Assembly (NCBI GenBank): GCA_028524385.1
Contig: GCA_028524385.1_3661.2
Strand: one strand, 5' to 3'
DNA: 52,202 bases
Source: a phage
The notes under the pieces are model-generated. The model was not told the DNA's origin and ran no database searches. It saw nothing but the letters and a program-made list of their open reading frames with translations. Shown here piece by piece: positions 10,433 through 18,475 of this stretch. Numbering within the stretch: position 1 is the first letter of the stretch; every line of letters starts with the position of its first letter. The translations under genes were made by a program, and so were the position numbers.

Positions 10433-10696
10433 TCAGAAACCCTCTAAAAAGCTCTTGTAGAAAACAATCTCAGTATCCACACCAGTCACAATCTTGTCGT
10501 TCCTGATTTCATCGGTAAGATAGGTGTCAAAACGCAGAACCTGTGTGGTGTTGTCACACATCCACTCAGCTGTGACCATTGCGAAAATCTTAGCATCTTC
10601 ATTATCTGGTGTGAATGTTACCACCTCACCGCACTTAAACTTTTCGATAGGCTGAGTGTTAGCTTTCGGTTCTGCGATAGTGATTTTTGTGGTCAT
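10433..10696 (-). CDS. small protein, tandem paralog
   Basis: 87 aa; motif KCGEVVTF aligns with PCGTVVSC / APGTVVMF of neighbours. Confidence 0.45.
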   Translation of the reverse strand: MTTKITIAEPKANTQPIEKFKCGEVVTFTPDNEDAKIFAMVTAEWMCDNTTQVLRFDTYLTDEIRNDKIVTGVDTEIVFYKSFLEGF

Positions 10697-10959
10697 TATT
10701 CTCCTCCTTCTTTTGAATAGCTTGTCTCTCCAAGGATGGTAATTTTGGTGTCAAGCTCTGTAACTTTCATGTTTGGCGGCAGATCGTACAACTCATTATT
10801 TTCTAAATCGAACCCCCACACACAATGTTCTCCTGTTTTGACAATCATAACTATGTTTTGAATACCGTCTCCGTCGCAACTTACCACGGTCCCACACGGA
10901 AAACTGTCTGCACGCTTTTTGTTCTTCACTTTAGAATTGAATACAATGCTAGTAGCCAT
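10696..10959 (-). CDS. small protein, tandem paralog
   Basis: 87 aa; MAT...KK...GTVV...GFDL...LP...E.D..I.ILGE pattern shared with 10959..11222. Confidence 0.45.
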   Translation of the reverse strand: MATSIVFNSKVKNKKRADSFPCGTVVSCDGDGIQNIVMIVKTGEHCVWGFDLENNELYDLPPNMKVTELDTKITILGETSYSKEGGE

Positions 10960-11222
10960 TATTGTTCCTCCACCATAACTTCGCCAAGAATTTCTATGCA
11001 GGCATCCATTTCTGTAACAACCAAACTGTGAGGTAGTTCTACAAACACCTTTCTGAACAGGTCAAATACCCCAACATATATGTTTGCAGGATGTGATTTT
11101 ACAACAAGTGCTGTATTCACATCCCCAAGTTCATCAACAAACATCACCACAGTGCCTGGAGCTACTGAGGACAGATACTTCTTAGTTTTACGGTTTGATG
11201 CAAATTTTAACTCTGTTGCCAT
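10959..11222 (-). CDS. small protein, tandem paralog
   Basis: 87 aa; same length and conserved residues as 10696..10959; ATGA start/stop overlap. Confidence 0.45.
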   Translation of the reverse strand: MATELKFASNRKTKKYLSSVAPGTVVMFVDELGDVNTALVVKSHPANIYVGVFDLFRKVFVELPHSLVVTEMDACIEILGEVMVEEQ

Positions 11223-11237
11223 AAATAACCTCCTCTC

Positions 11238-12719
11238 TTACTTAGCGTACTCGATTAATTCCACAGTTTTCCCAAAGCTCGGGATATAATTTTTATTATA
11301 CCCTTCGGTTAGAACCCATAAAGTATCGTACTTTTTCCACTTGTTGTCAACAGCCTTTTGTTCAAAGTTATGCTCAAAGTATAGGTCGGTCAGGACGATG
11401 ACATCTTTTGCATTCGGTATGTTGGCATCCAGATACTCGAACACGCAAGCAGCTGTTGTGCCCCATGTTGAGTGGACCTCATAGTTAATCATCTCGTCTA
11501 TGTTGCCGCGAGTGTATACTTTAACCTCTCCAACCTCAGTTGACCAACAGAACATTGTAACCTTAAACTCTTTATACAGATTGCACAATCCGGTGATTTC
11601 ATTGAACATTTTCTTTAAAGTTCTTTGAGAGATCGAGCCAGAAACGTCTAAAGCCACCACAATATCTATAGTGTTTTCCGGATTACGACCAGGAACAATA
11701 ACGTGCTGGTTCTTGTTTATAGCCCCAACTTTTCGCATTGTGCTGGTCAAAGACCCAGATCGGCGACCAGGTTTTCTGTAGGTCAGTTCAGCCTTTCGTT
11801 TAGACAACATGCGTTGCTTAATGATGTCTATATAGTTGATTACAGGCTTACCTCTGTTCTTGACAAACTCACGCACCGCCTCGGGGCAACGGCCTCCGGA
11901 CGCTTGCATTGCTGCCTCCAGCATATCACCAGAGTCCTGCATGGCCTGATCTTTATCAGATTGGCTGATTACAGGTTGTGGCTGATCATACCCCATAGCT
12001 TTTCCAAGATCATCACTGGTGCCACCGTTCCCACTCATGTGATCATCTGTTTGTCGCTTATCACCTTGAGAGTTCTCACCTTTACCGTTCTTACTTTTAC
12101 CGTTATTCTGATCTCTTTGCTTATCAAGAACTGCATAAACGTTCTCAGCAATCCATCCATGAAACTTCATATCGCAGTAGCAGCTGGCTAAGAAGCCAAA
12201 AGGCTTACCTTTCACGAACGTAGTGCTTTTCCCCTTCGGGAAGAAAACACAAGGAGGCTTGCTAAAGTCCACCACAAGTCCTGTGTTGATAACGTGATCA
12301 CAAGCAATATTGAACAGTTCCGGCTCAAAGCTTTTACCACGGACCAGGTGATCACAGATAATATGCCCCACCTCATGCGACAGAAGAAAGGCCACCTCTT
12401 TCACAGATTTGGGGGAATAGAAAACCTCAGCCATCTCAAACTGCTCGTCAGTTAGAGAAGCCTTAAGAATAGCCTTACGTTCATCAGCCAACCCCATAAT
12501 GAACTCAGGACTGTAATAGATGCGTTTATGGTCGGTTGCCATGGTGGAGCACCATGTATGGTTTTCTACGAACTGCAATCCTGACAGCAGTGTGCCATAA
12601 AACGGCAGCTTTTCAAGGAGATACATACGTGCAGCCTGCAACATTCTCAGGGCATCATCTTTTTGTGAGGCAATGATTTCTGAACTTCTGATATCCATTA
12701 AAACTCCAGAAGGGGCCAT
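11238..12719 (-). CDS. vWA-domain protein with HExxH metallopeptidase-like motif
   Basis: HEVGHIICDH (HExxH) in N-terminal half; MIDAS-type DxSxS motif VVALDVSGSIS in C-terminal half; 493 aa. Confidence 0.55.
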   Translation of the reverse strand: MAPSGVLMDIRSSEIIASQKDDALRMLQAARMYLLEKLPFYGTLLSGLQFVENHTWCSTMATDHKRIYYSPEFIMGLADERKAILKASLTDEQFEMAEVFYSPKSVKEVAFLLSHEVGHIICDHLVRGKSFEPELFNIACDHVINTGLVVDFSKPPCVFFPKGKSTTFVKGKPFGFLASCYCDMKFHGWIAENVYAVLDKQRDQNNGKSKNGKGENSQGDKRQTDDHMSGNGGTSDDLGKAMGYDQPQPVISQSDKDQAMQDSGDMLEAAMQASGGRCPEAVREFVKNRGKPVINYIDIIKQRMLSKRKAELTYRKPGRRSGSLTSTMRKVGAINKNQHVIVPGRNPENTIDIVVALDVSGSISQRTLKKMFNEITGLCNLYKEFKVTMFCWSTEVGEVKVYTRGNIDEMINYEVHSTWGTTAACVFEYLDANIPNAKDVIVLTDLYFEHNFEQKAVDNKWKKYDTLWVLTEGYNKNYIPSFGKTVELIEYAK

Positions 12720-12731
12720 TGGCCCCTGTCA

Positions 12732-13775
12732 TTATTTAACGTGTTTGAAAATACCTGCCAACTCGGTCATTGTCATGCGGGTGGTCTTCATAAGATCTGT
12801 CATAGCTTTCTCCATAATTGGAGATACTACCATAAAGTTTCCTTTAGTGAAACCTTTATTCCAGTCGGTCACCAACAGTGGTTTAAGTCCAGCTCCAAGA
12901 CGTTCACCAGTTAAAGCACAGCATTTGCGAATATACGAACTCTTAAATTGGCTGAACGACAGATCAACTTTCATACCTACATCGTAGAACGTTTGACAAT
13001 AGAAAGTGTAAGCTTTGGCAATCTCAACATCATCAGGTAGTGCAGGAACCTCTTCTGTAAGCTCCTCTTCGACCTCCTGAGTCTCTTTTTCCTCTTCATG
13101 CACCTGTTGCGTCATTTCTTCAATCTCTTCTGTGATAGGCTCGTTTACAATGTCGGAAATGTGCTTCTTGGGTGCACGATAAGTAACTTTAGACATCGGT
13201 AGCATATCTTCCTCCTCTTCTTCGTCAAAGAGTGCTAGTTTATCCTCTTCCGTTCCATATTGCAAGATGAAATCTTCAAAAGTATAATCACCTTTCAATT
13301 TCTCCATACGCTCTTCGCTCAGGTGGAGCATCATCTGCTGGACAATTTTTCGATCAGTTTCGTCTTTAATCAAGACTGCAGTCTTTTTATCTACCAGACA
13401 GTCCTTTAGAGAGTTGCATCTCAATCCCACCACACAACAGTTATCAACCGCATAAGGACCTTCATCATCTATCCGCTCCAGAGATGGGTAGAAAGGATTT
13501 CCCAGCCCGTTTTCATCTGTGTGCATGTCAAAAGGTATAAGGGTATAGTCGCATACTCCATCTCCTAAAAGTTTTTTACCAAATAGGAGGTATTCTTCCC
13601 ATGACAGGTCGAACTCTATATCTCGTTTCCGTGCATTATTCTGTTTGCGTCTATATTTTTTGAGCAAGCGCTCTAACTCTTCTGGTGTATAATATTTTTC
13701 AAGATTCATGAGTCGTCTCTCGTGCTCTGTAAGTGAAGAAATCGTATCAATTGTCTCAACAGATGTCAACATCAA
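12732..13775 (-). CDS. HNH-endonuclease-like protein fused to an unrelated C-terminal segment
   Basis: N-terminal ...ARKRDIEFDLSWEEY...CDYT...SLERIDDEGPYAVDNCCVVGLRCNSLK resembles HNH-type homing endonucleases; internal MSKVTYRA at residue 194 is encoded by a 29-bp sequence repeated inverted at 15035. Confidence 0.45.
   Translation of the reverse strand: MMLTSVETIDTISSLTEHERRLMNLEKYYTPEELERLLKKYRRKQNNARKRDIEFDLSWEEYLLFGKKLLGDGVCDYTLIPFDMHTDENGLGNPFYPSLERIDDEGPYAVDNCCVVGLRCNSLKDCLVDKKTAVLIKDETDRKIVQQMMLHLSEERMEKLKGDYTFEDFILQYGTEEDKLALFDEEEEEDMLPMSKVTYRAPKKHISDIVNEPITEEIEEMTQQVHEEEKETQEVEEELTEEVPALPDDVEIAKAYTFYCQTFYDVGMKVDLSFSQFKSSYIRKCCALTGERLGAGLKPLLVTDWNKGFTKGNFMVVSPIMEKAMTDLMKTTRMTMTELAGIFKHVK
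13173..13201. repeat. 29-bp perfect inverted repeat, left copy
   Basis: tgcacgataagtaactttagacatcggta is the exact reverse complement of 15035..15063. Confidence 0.8.
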
Positions 13776-13782
13776 AAACGTG

Positions 13783-13811
13783 TTGACTTTACTCTAACTC
13801 CACAATATAGT
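13783..13811 (+). promoter_or_regulatory. sigma70-type promoter at strand-switch region
   Basis: TTGACT-17 nt-TATAGT, about 40 nt upstream of ATG 13852 (SD aggag). Confidence 0.55.
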
Positions 13812-13851
13812 GCACCCATTCGAAAGAAAACTAACATAGGAGCACTTACTT

Positions 13852-14751
13852 ATGGCAAATCTTAACAGTTTTAGTACGCGGTGGAAACAGGACATAACAA
13901 CCAATCTTTCAGCTGGGGACATCCTTTCTGCAATTTACGAGGCTTTAGATGATAAAGCTACTTCAAAAGCGGTTTGTACCAACCCACTAATTCCTGTAGT
14001 GATGAAGGTTATTGAGCGCAGATTGGTATCTGGGTCTGATAAGTGGACATATTTAGATAATGAAGGACACACCTATTCCAATGGGTACGTCGATATAAAA
14101 GTAGAATACGCGGTATCATACCGCCGGAGCGGTTCTGTAACTTTCAACTTCTCTGGAGGTTTTCGATCTCTGGCTACCTCACCTTTTGTTTCCTCAGAGG
14201 AGAAGTATGAGCTACCATTTCTTTGGATGATGGCTAACGCGACAGGAAAAACCCCCGTTAGCATCCGAGTAAAATACAACTACAACGGATCTAGTAAGAT
14301 CTATGCCGAAAGTGTCTCAGCAAGTTTTTATTTTGTGATGGGGGATGGAATCCTCAAACATATAAAGATGTGCGATATGCATGATGTTATAAATGAAGTG
14401 ACTGATAAGAATGTTCTAGTGAAAGACCTCAACAATTTTTATACACCCGGAGACTATTACGTCAGCCGTCCACTGTGCATCTTTAATGCCGCACACCCTC
14501 TAGGTGAGTATTTGATCGCCAATAGCGATATTGCCAATAACCGCTTCGAGGTAGCAAGAGTTCAGAATGAGGTATTGACATCTTGCAAGAGCGGTGATAA
14601 GTTTACCGAAGAAGAGATGGGTGTTTTAGAAATGATGGGATATAAGTGTAGCCTTTGGGTAGATGAGGTGTTTAATGATTGCATCTATGGACAGGATATT
14701 TACCCATTAAAGAAGTATACTGATACAAGTTTAATTTATGCGAGGGTTTGA
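13852..14751 (+). CDS. hypothetical protein
   Basis: 299-aa ORF, first gene of rightward block, SD aggag. Confidence 0.5.
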   Translation: MANLNSFSTRWKQDITTNLSAGDILSAIYEALDDKATSKAVCTNPLIPVVMKVIERRLVSGSDKWTYLDNEGHTYSNGYVDIKVEYAVSYRRSGSVTFNFSGGFRSLATSPFVSSEEKYELPFLWMMANATGKTPVSIRVKYNYNGSSKIYAESVSASFYFVMGDGILKHIKMCDMHDVINEVTDKNVLVKDLNNFYTPGDYYVSRPLCIFNAAHPLGEYLIANSDIANNRFEVARVQNEVLTSCKSGDKFTEEEMGVLEMMGYKCSLWVDEVFNDCIYGQDIYPLKKYTDTSLIYARV

Positions 14752-14753
14752 CT

Positions 14754-15026
14754 ATGATGAAGGCATGTGGTAATGTATATTACGTCGGTGAACATGTTCA
14801 GGCAGACAGTGTGTGGAAATCTATTAAGTCCACCACTGACGATGCCTTTCTGAGTGGACTATGTTTCCCCAATCCGGGAGACATCCTCCCCCATCCTGGA
14901 GATTTTGTTGTCAACAAGATGGACGGTTATACCGTGTGCCTGATGGTTGAAAAAATCTTTTTAGACACTAGACACAATCACCGTCTTGTGTTAAAATTTC
15001 AAGAATGTAAAATGACAATTGCCTAA
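14754..15026 (+). CDS. hypothetical protein
   Basis: Track ORF 14748..15026; first ATG with SD gaggg at 14754. Confidence 0.4.
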   Translation: MMKACGNVYYVGEHVQADSVWKSIKSTTDDAFLSGLCFPNPGDILPHPGDFVVNKMDGYTVCLMVEKIFLDTRHNHRLVLKFQECKMTIA

Positions 15027-15034
15027 GGAGACCT

Positions 15035-15063
15035 TACCGATGTCTAAAGTTACTTATCGTGCA
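15035..15063. repeat. 29-bp perfect inverted repeat, right copy
   Basis: taccgatgtctaaagttacttatcgtgca; covers start codon and first 8 codons (MSKVTYRA) of gene 15040..15396. Confidence 0.8.
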
Positions 15064-15396
15064 GCTATTTACTGCAATGAACACCCAATCAATAATGATG
15101 GTCACTGCCTTTTTAAAGAAAATCAATTGGGCTGTATTGTCCTCCCTGATGAAGGGGAAGGTTATCTGATTGCATTGACAGGGTTTGAACCTGAGGCTCT
15201 GGAAGCCAATCTGGACTACCTGGTAGAAGAGGGTGCTGCAGACCTGGTTGCCAATGGCCTCTCCATAAGCCTTGACGAAGTAGAGCGCTTCATGGGCAAT
15301 TACCGTGTAGTGCGTGAGTTTACTATCGAGGTGGAAACTCCCGAGTGGAGTAGCACTGAAACTAATGCCGAAGAAAAAGAAGAGGAGGTAGAATAA
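15040..15396 (+). CDS. hypothetical acidic protein
   Basis: ATG 15040 with SD aaggag 9 nt upstream (track ORF starts at upstream TTG 15019); begins MSKVTYRA. Confidence 0.45.
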   Translation: MSKVTYRAAIYCNEHPINNDGHCLFKENQLGCIVLPDEGEGYLIALTGFEPEALEANLDYLVEEGAADLVANGLSISLDEVERFMGNYRVVREFTIEVETPEWSSTETNAEEKEEEVE

Positions 15397-15653
15397 TGAA
15401 AATACAGATCTTGACTAATGCCGAGAAGATGTTTATTGAAGATACACCTTTTGAAGCTGGTGAGCTACAGTTCGTTTATTTTGTTGACTTAGATAAGGTG
15501 TTTCCTGCACTGAATCTAGGTTTGGATGAAGTTCCTCATAAGGTTTTGTGCCAAGTTGTTCGTGCCTTAGCGGCAGAGGGGGAGTTCCACACCCTTCAAG
15601 ATGTCCAGACCTACGGGTATCTTGAACTACAACGAGAAGAAGAGGTGGACTGA
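15396..15653 (+). CDS. hypothetical protein
   Basis: 85-aa ORF, start overlaps upstream stop. Confidence 0.4.
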   Translation: MKIQILTNAEKMFIEDTPFEAGELQFVYFVDLDKVFPALNLGLDEVPHKVLCQVVRALAAEGEFHTLQDVQTYGYLELQREEEVD

Positions 15654-15655
15654 TA

Positions 15656-16036
15656 ATGGCTCAGTGGAAGACAACAGTTGACCTTCATGATCAGTGGTTA
15701 GGACGCATCACTGAAGACGGGAAGCTAGTGGAGTGGGACAATAAGCATGTTAGCGAGTTGGCAAGTATTGTGGCTGGCAAGTTACGCTCCAAGTTCCCTG
15801 AACAACTGGATCCTGATAGTTCAAAGTTCGATCCTGAGTTGGAGGATGTTGTATACTACTTCGATACCGTGGATGACTACGATGCGTGGTTTGCAGCACG
15901 GGAGCTTTACCCACAAGGCTCTGCTATGCGCCAGATGGAAGAAGATTATCCTCCGTGTGAGCAATTCAATAGTGCAATGACTTGCCTCTATGATTGGGCA
16001 GATAAGAACCTTGTCTGGATTCGGACTGCATTTTAG
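15656..16036 (+). CDS. hypothetical protein
   Basis: 126-aa ORF. Confidence 0.4.
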   Translation: MAQWKTTVDLHDQWLGRITEDGKLVEWDNKHVSELASIVAGKLRSKFPEQLDPDSSKFDPELEDVVYYFDTVDDYDAWFAARELYPQGSAMRQMEEDYPPCEQFNSAMTCLYDWADKNLVWIRTAF

Positions 16037-16080
16037 TGGGCAGGAATGGCGGCAAGGATGCTGCTTAAGGAGTAGTAGAG

Positions 16081-16350
16081 ATGTTATACCAGCAATATGA
16101 ACTTCGTGCAGAAAAAGAGTTAAATTTTGACAAAGATATTCACAGATATTATTATGGGAAAGTTAGAGGGCAAGCAAGAAAGTGTACTCCAACACTCTTT
16201 TATGCCAGCAGACGACTAGCGCCAGAAGAGGCAACAGCAGAAAGGGTTGCGTACAACTGGAGAGTCACGTATGATATTGACAGATTCGATGTGATATCTG
16301 TTTTGGAAAACTTTGAAAACACTTACACACAAGTAGAGGACTTTTACTAA
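16081..16350 (+). CDS. hypothetical protein
   Basis: 89-aa ORF; stop overlaps next start (TAATG). Confidence 0.4.
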   Translation: MLYQQYELRAEKELNFDKDIHRYYYGKVRGQARKCTPTLFYASRRLAPEEATAERVAYNWRVTYDIDRFDVISVLENFENTYTQVEDFY

Positions 16351-17534
16351 TGTCAAGAAACGTATTCGAAAGTGGTCAAATCACTGTCCGTGAGTTGCCA
16401 GCTATTATTCAGTTTGCCCAACGTCATAGCCGATCTGTCCTAATTTTGGGACCAATGGGTGTGGGTAAAAGCCAGGTGATGAAGCAGATCGCTGATAATA
16501 TGTTCGGTGAGCGAGATGACAACCTTGTTGACGTGCGACTGTCAGATAAAGATCCTGCCGACTTATCTGGGCTACCTATCCCTGTAGAAGCGGATGGAAC
16601 TACACGTACAGTGTTTGCAATTCCAGAATTTTGGCCTGCGGATCCTGACTGGAGCGGAATTATCTTTCTGGATGAGCTCACTCATGCAGATAACTACCTG
16701 CAAAAGGTTGCAATGCAAATTATGCTTGACCACAAGTGCGGCACCTATGCATTCCCTAAGGGTTCTGTTTTTGTGGCTGCGGGTAACCGTTCTACAGATG
16801 GTGCGGTTCTTTCGGCGCTCGAAGCCCCTCTGGCTAACCGTTTTATCATTGTAGAGGTTACAAGCAATGCAGAGGTGTTTATTGAGGACTACGCATTCCT
16901 CAACGGGGTTCACTCCTCTGTAATTGGGTATCTGAAAAGAGTTCCATCAGCTATTGATAATTATGAGGCTATGGCTGAGATTAATTGTCCATCTTTTGCC
17001 ACACCACGATCTTGGGTTGCTGCATCTGACATCTTGCACGATTTTGACAGCGGTATTATTTCTGACGCTATGGCCCGTGTTCTTCTGCAAGGTGCTATTG
17101 GTCACACTGCAGCGGTAGAGATCTGGACATACCACACCAAGAAACGCAATTTACCGGAAATCGGTCGGATTATGGCAGGTGGCTGCAAAGAATACGTAGG
17201 TCCTAAGCAGCCAGACATTTTGTGGATTCTTGGATCTGAAGGTTGTATCGCTATTCGTAATATGATGGAAAATGCAAGTATCTCAGACGAAGATCTTGTC
17301 AGCTGCGTGGCAAACTTCCTCGATTTCCTTTGGGAAAACTTCAAGGACGAGAACCGAGATTTTGTATTCTCAGTCTTTATGGCGATGATGAAACCTAATG
17401 CCTTAGGAAATGCCTTGCTTATAGGTAAAGGGCGTGACAAGATTGTTGCTCAGCTGATCAAAGCATACCCAAACCTGATGAAGATTGTAAAAGAGTTTGG
17501 TGAAGAGTTTAGCGCCATTTTGGCTAAAGCTTAA
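16350..17534 (+). CDS. AAA+ ATPase, MoxR-like
   Basis: Walker A LILGPMGVGKSQV, Walker B IIFLDELTHA, sensor region VFVAAGNRSTDGAVLSALEAPLANRF typical of MoxR/CbbQ-type AAA+. Confidence 0.6.
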   Translation: MSRNVFESGQITVRELPAIIQFAQRHSRSVLILGPMGVGKSQVMKQIADNMFGERDDNLVDVRLSDKDPADLSGLPIPVEADGTTRTVFAIPEFWPADPDWSGIIFLDELTHADNYLQKVAMQIMLDHKCGTYAFPKGSVFVAAGNRSTDGAVLSALEAPLANRFIIVEVTSNAEVFIEDYAFLNGVHSSVIGYLKRVPSAIDNYEAMAEINCPSFATPRSWVAASDILHDFDSGIISDAMARVLLQGAIGHTAAVEIWTYHTKKRNLPEIGRIMAGGCKEYVGPKQPDILWILGSEGCIAIRNMMENASISDEDLVSCVANFLDFLWENFKDENRDFVFSVFMAMMKPNALGNALLIGKGRDKIVAQLIKAYPNLMKIVKEFGEEFSAILAKA

Positions 17535-17544
17535 GGGGGGTTGT

Positions 17545-17925
17545 ATGGCTAAAGTAGGTAAGCGGGGAAACTACCTGGTGGTATTGACCGAGGAGCCGGA
17601 GAAGGAGTACGAATGCAGCTCCACTTGCGTGATCGATATCCGAGAAAAAGATGTAGATGAAATCTGGTTTAAAATATTGGACGCTTGCGATAGCAGTGAT
17701 TATTTCTTCATTTATGTCAACGATAAGGCTGGATTCTTCCATGACGACGGAGAGTTGCCGTATGAAATCTATGAACTTGTAGAGGCTTGCCATCGTGGAG
17801 ATGCGGAGTTGTTTGGCCTACGGCTGAAAAGCGGTAAATTCTTCTATCAAGATGAGTGCATGAATCTTCATAACTTTGTAGAGGGAACTTGCAACGATGG
17901 AGAGATTTTGGCACACTACGATTAA
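17545..17925 (+). CDS. hypothetical protein
   Basis: ATG 17545 with SD aagggggg (track ORF begins at upstream alternative start 17497). Confidence 0.4.
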   Translation: MAKVGKRGNYLVVLTEEPEKEYECSSTCVIDIREKDVDEIWFKILDACDSSDYFFIYVNDKAGFFHDDGELPYEIYELVEACHRGDAELFGLRLKSGKFFYQDECMNLHNFVEGTCNDGEILAHYD

Positions 17926-17936
17926 TTTCTAAGACC

Positions 17937-17965
17937 TCCCCCGCTTCGGCGGGGATTTTCTATTT
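17937..17965 (+). terminator. intrinsic terminator
   Basis: GC stem with ttcg loop (cccccgc-ttcg-gcggggg) followed by ttttctattt. Confidence 0.6.
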
Positions 17966-17974
17966 GGAGTCATT

Positions 17975-18475
17975 GTGAAAATTAAGATCTTTGCTATTAT
18001 TTTGAGCGCACTTTTATCGCTGCCTGTTGTTGCAGCACCAAAACAAAAAGTATATCATACTTGCAAGCCCTCAGATACTAAGGAAAACATTCTGGCATGC
18101 AATATCTACAGGGAGGCTAGAGGGGATGGCACGATGGGTATGCTGGCATCAGGGTTTGCCACACTAAACAGGAAATCTCACCCCAAATACCCAGACACTA
18201 TAAGAAAGATTGTCTACCAACCTAACCAGTTTTCGTGGACAAACCACGGCAAAACTTTTAAGGTGACAGAAAAAGATTCATGGGATCACGCTAAAAGTCT
18301 TGCAAAGATGCTTCTAAAGGTCTATAATAACAACCATGTTGCATACATGGCTATGGACATAACAGGTGGAGCAACACACTACCATACAACCAAAGTACGA
18401 CCGAAATGGGCAAAAAAGATGCAGAGGACAGCTCAATTCGGGAGTCATATCTACTACAAGGAGCGCAATAAATGA
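17975..18475 (+). CDS. secreted cell-wall hydrolase, SleB/CwlJ-like
   Basis: N-terminal signal peptide MKIKIFAIILSALLSLPVVAAP; ...CNIYREARGDG...NQFSWTNHGK... matches SleB-type hydrolase pattern; GTG start with SD ggag. Confidence 0.5.
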   Translation: MKIKIFAIILSALLSLPVVAAPKQKVYHTCKPSDTKENILACNIYREARGDGTMGMLASGFATLNRKSHPKYPDTIRKIVYQPNQFSWTNHGKTFKVTEKDSWDHAKSLAKMLLKVYNNNHVAYMAMDITGGATHYHTTKVRPKWAKKMQRTAQFGSHIYYKERNK

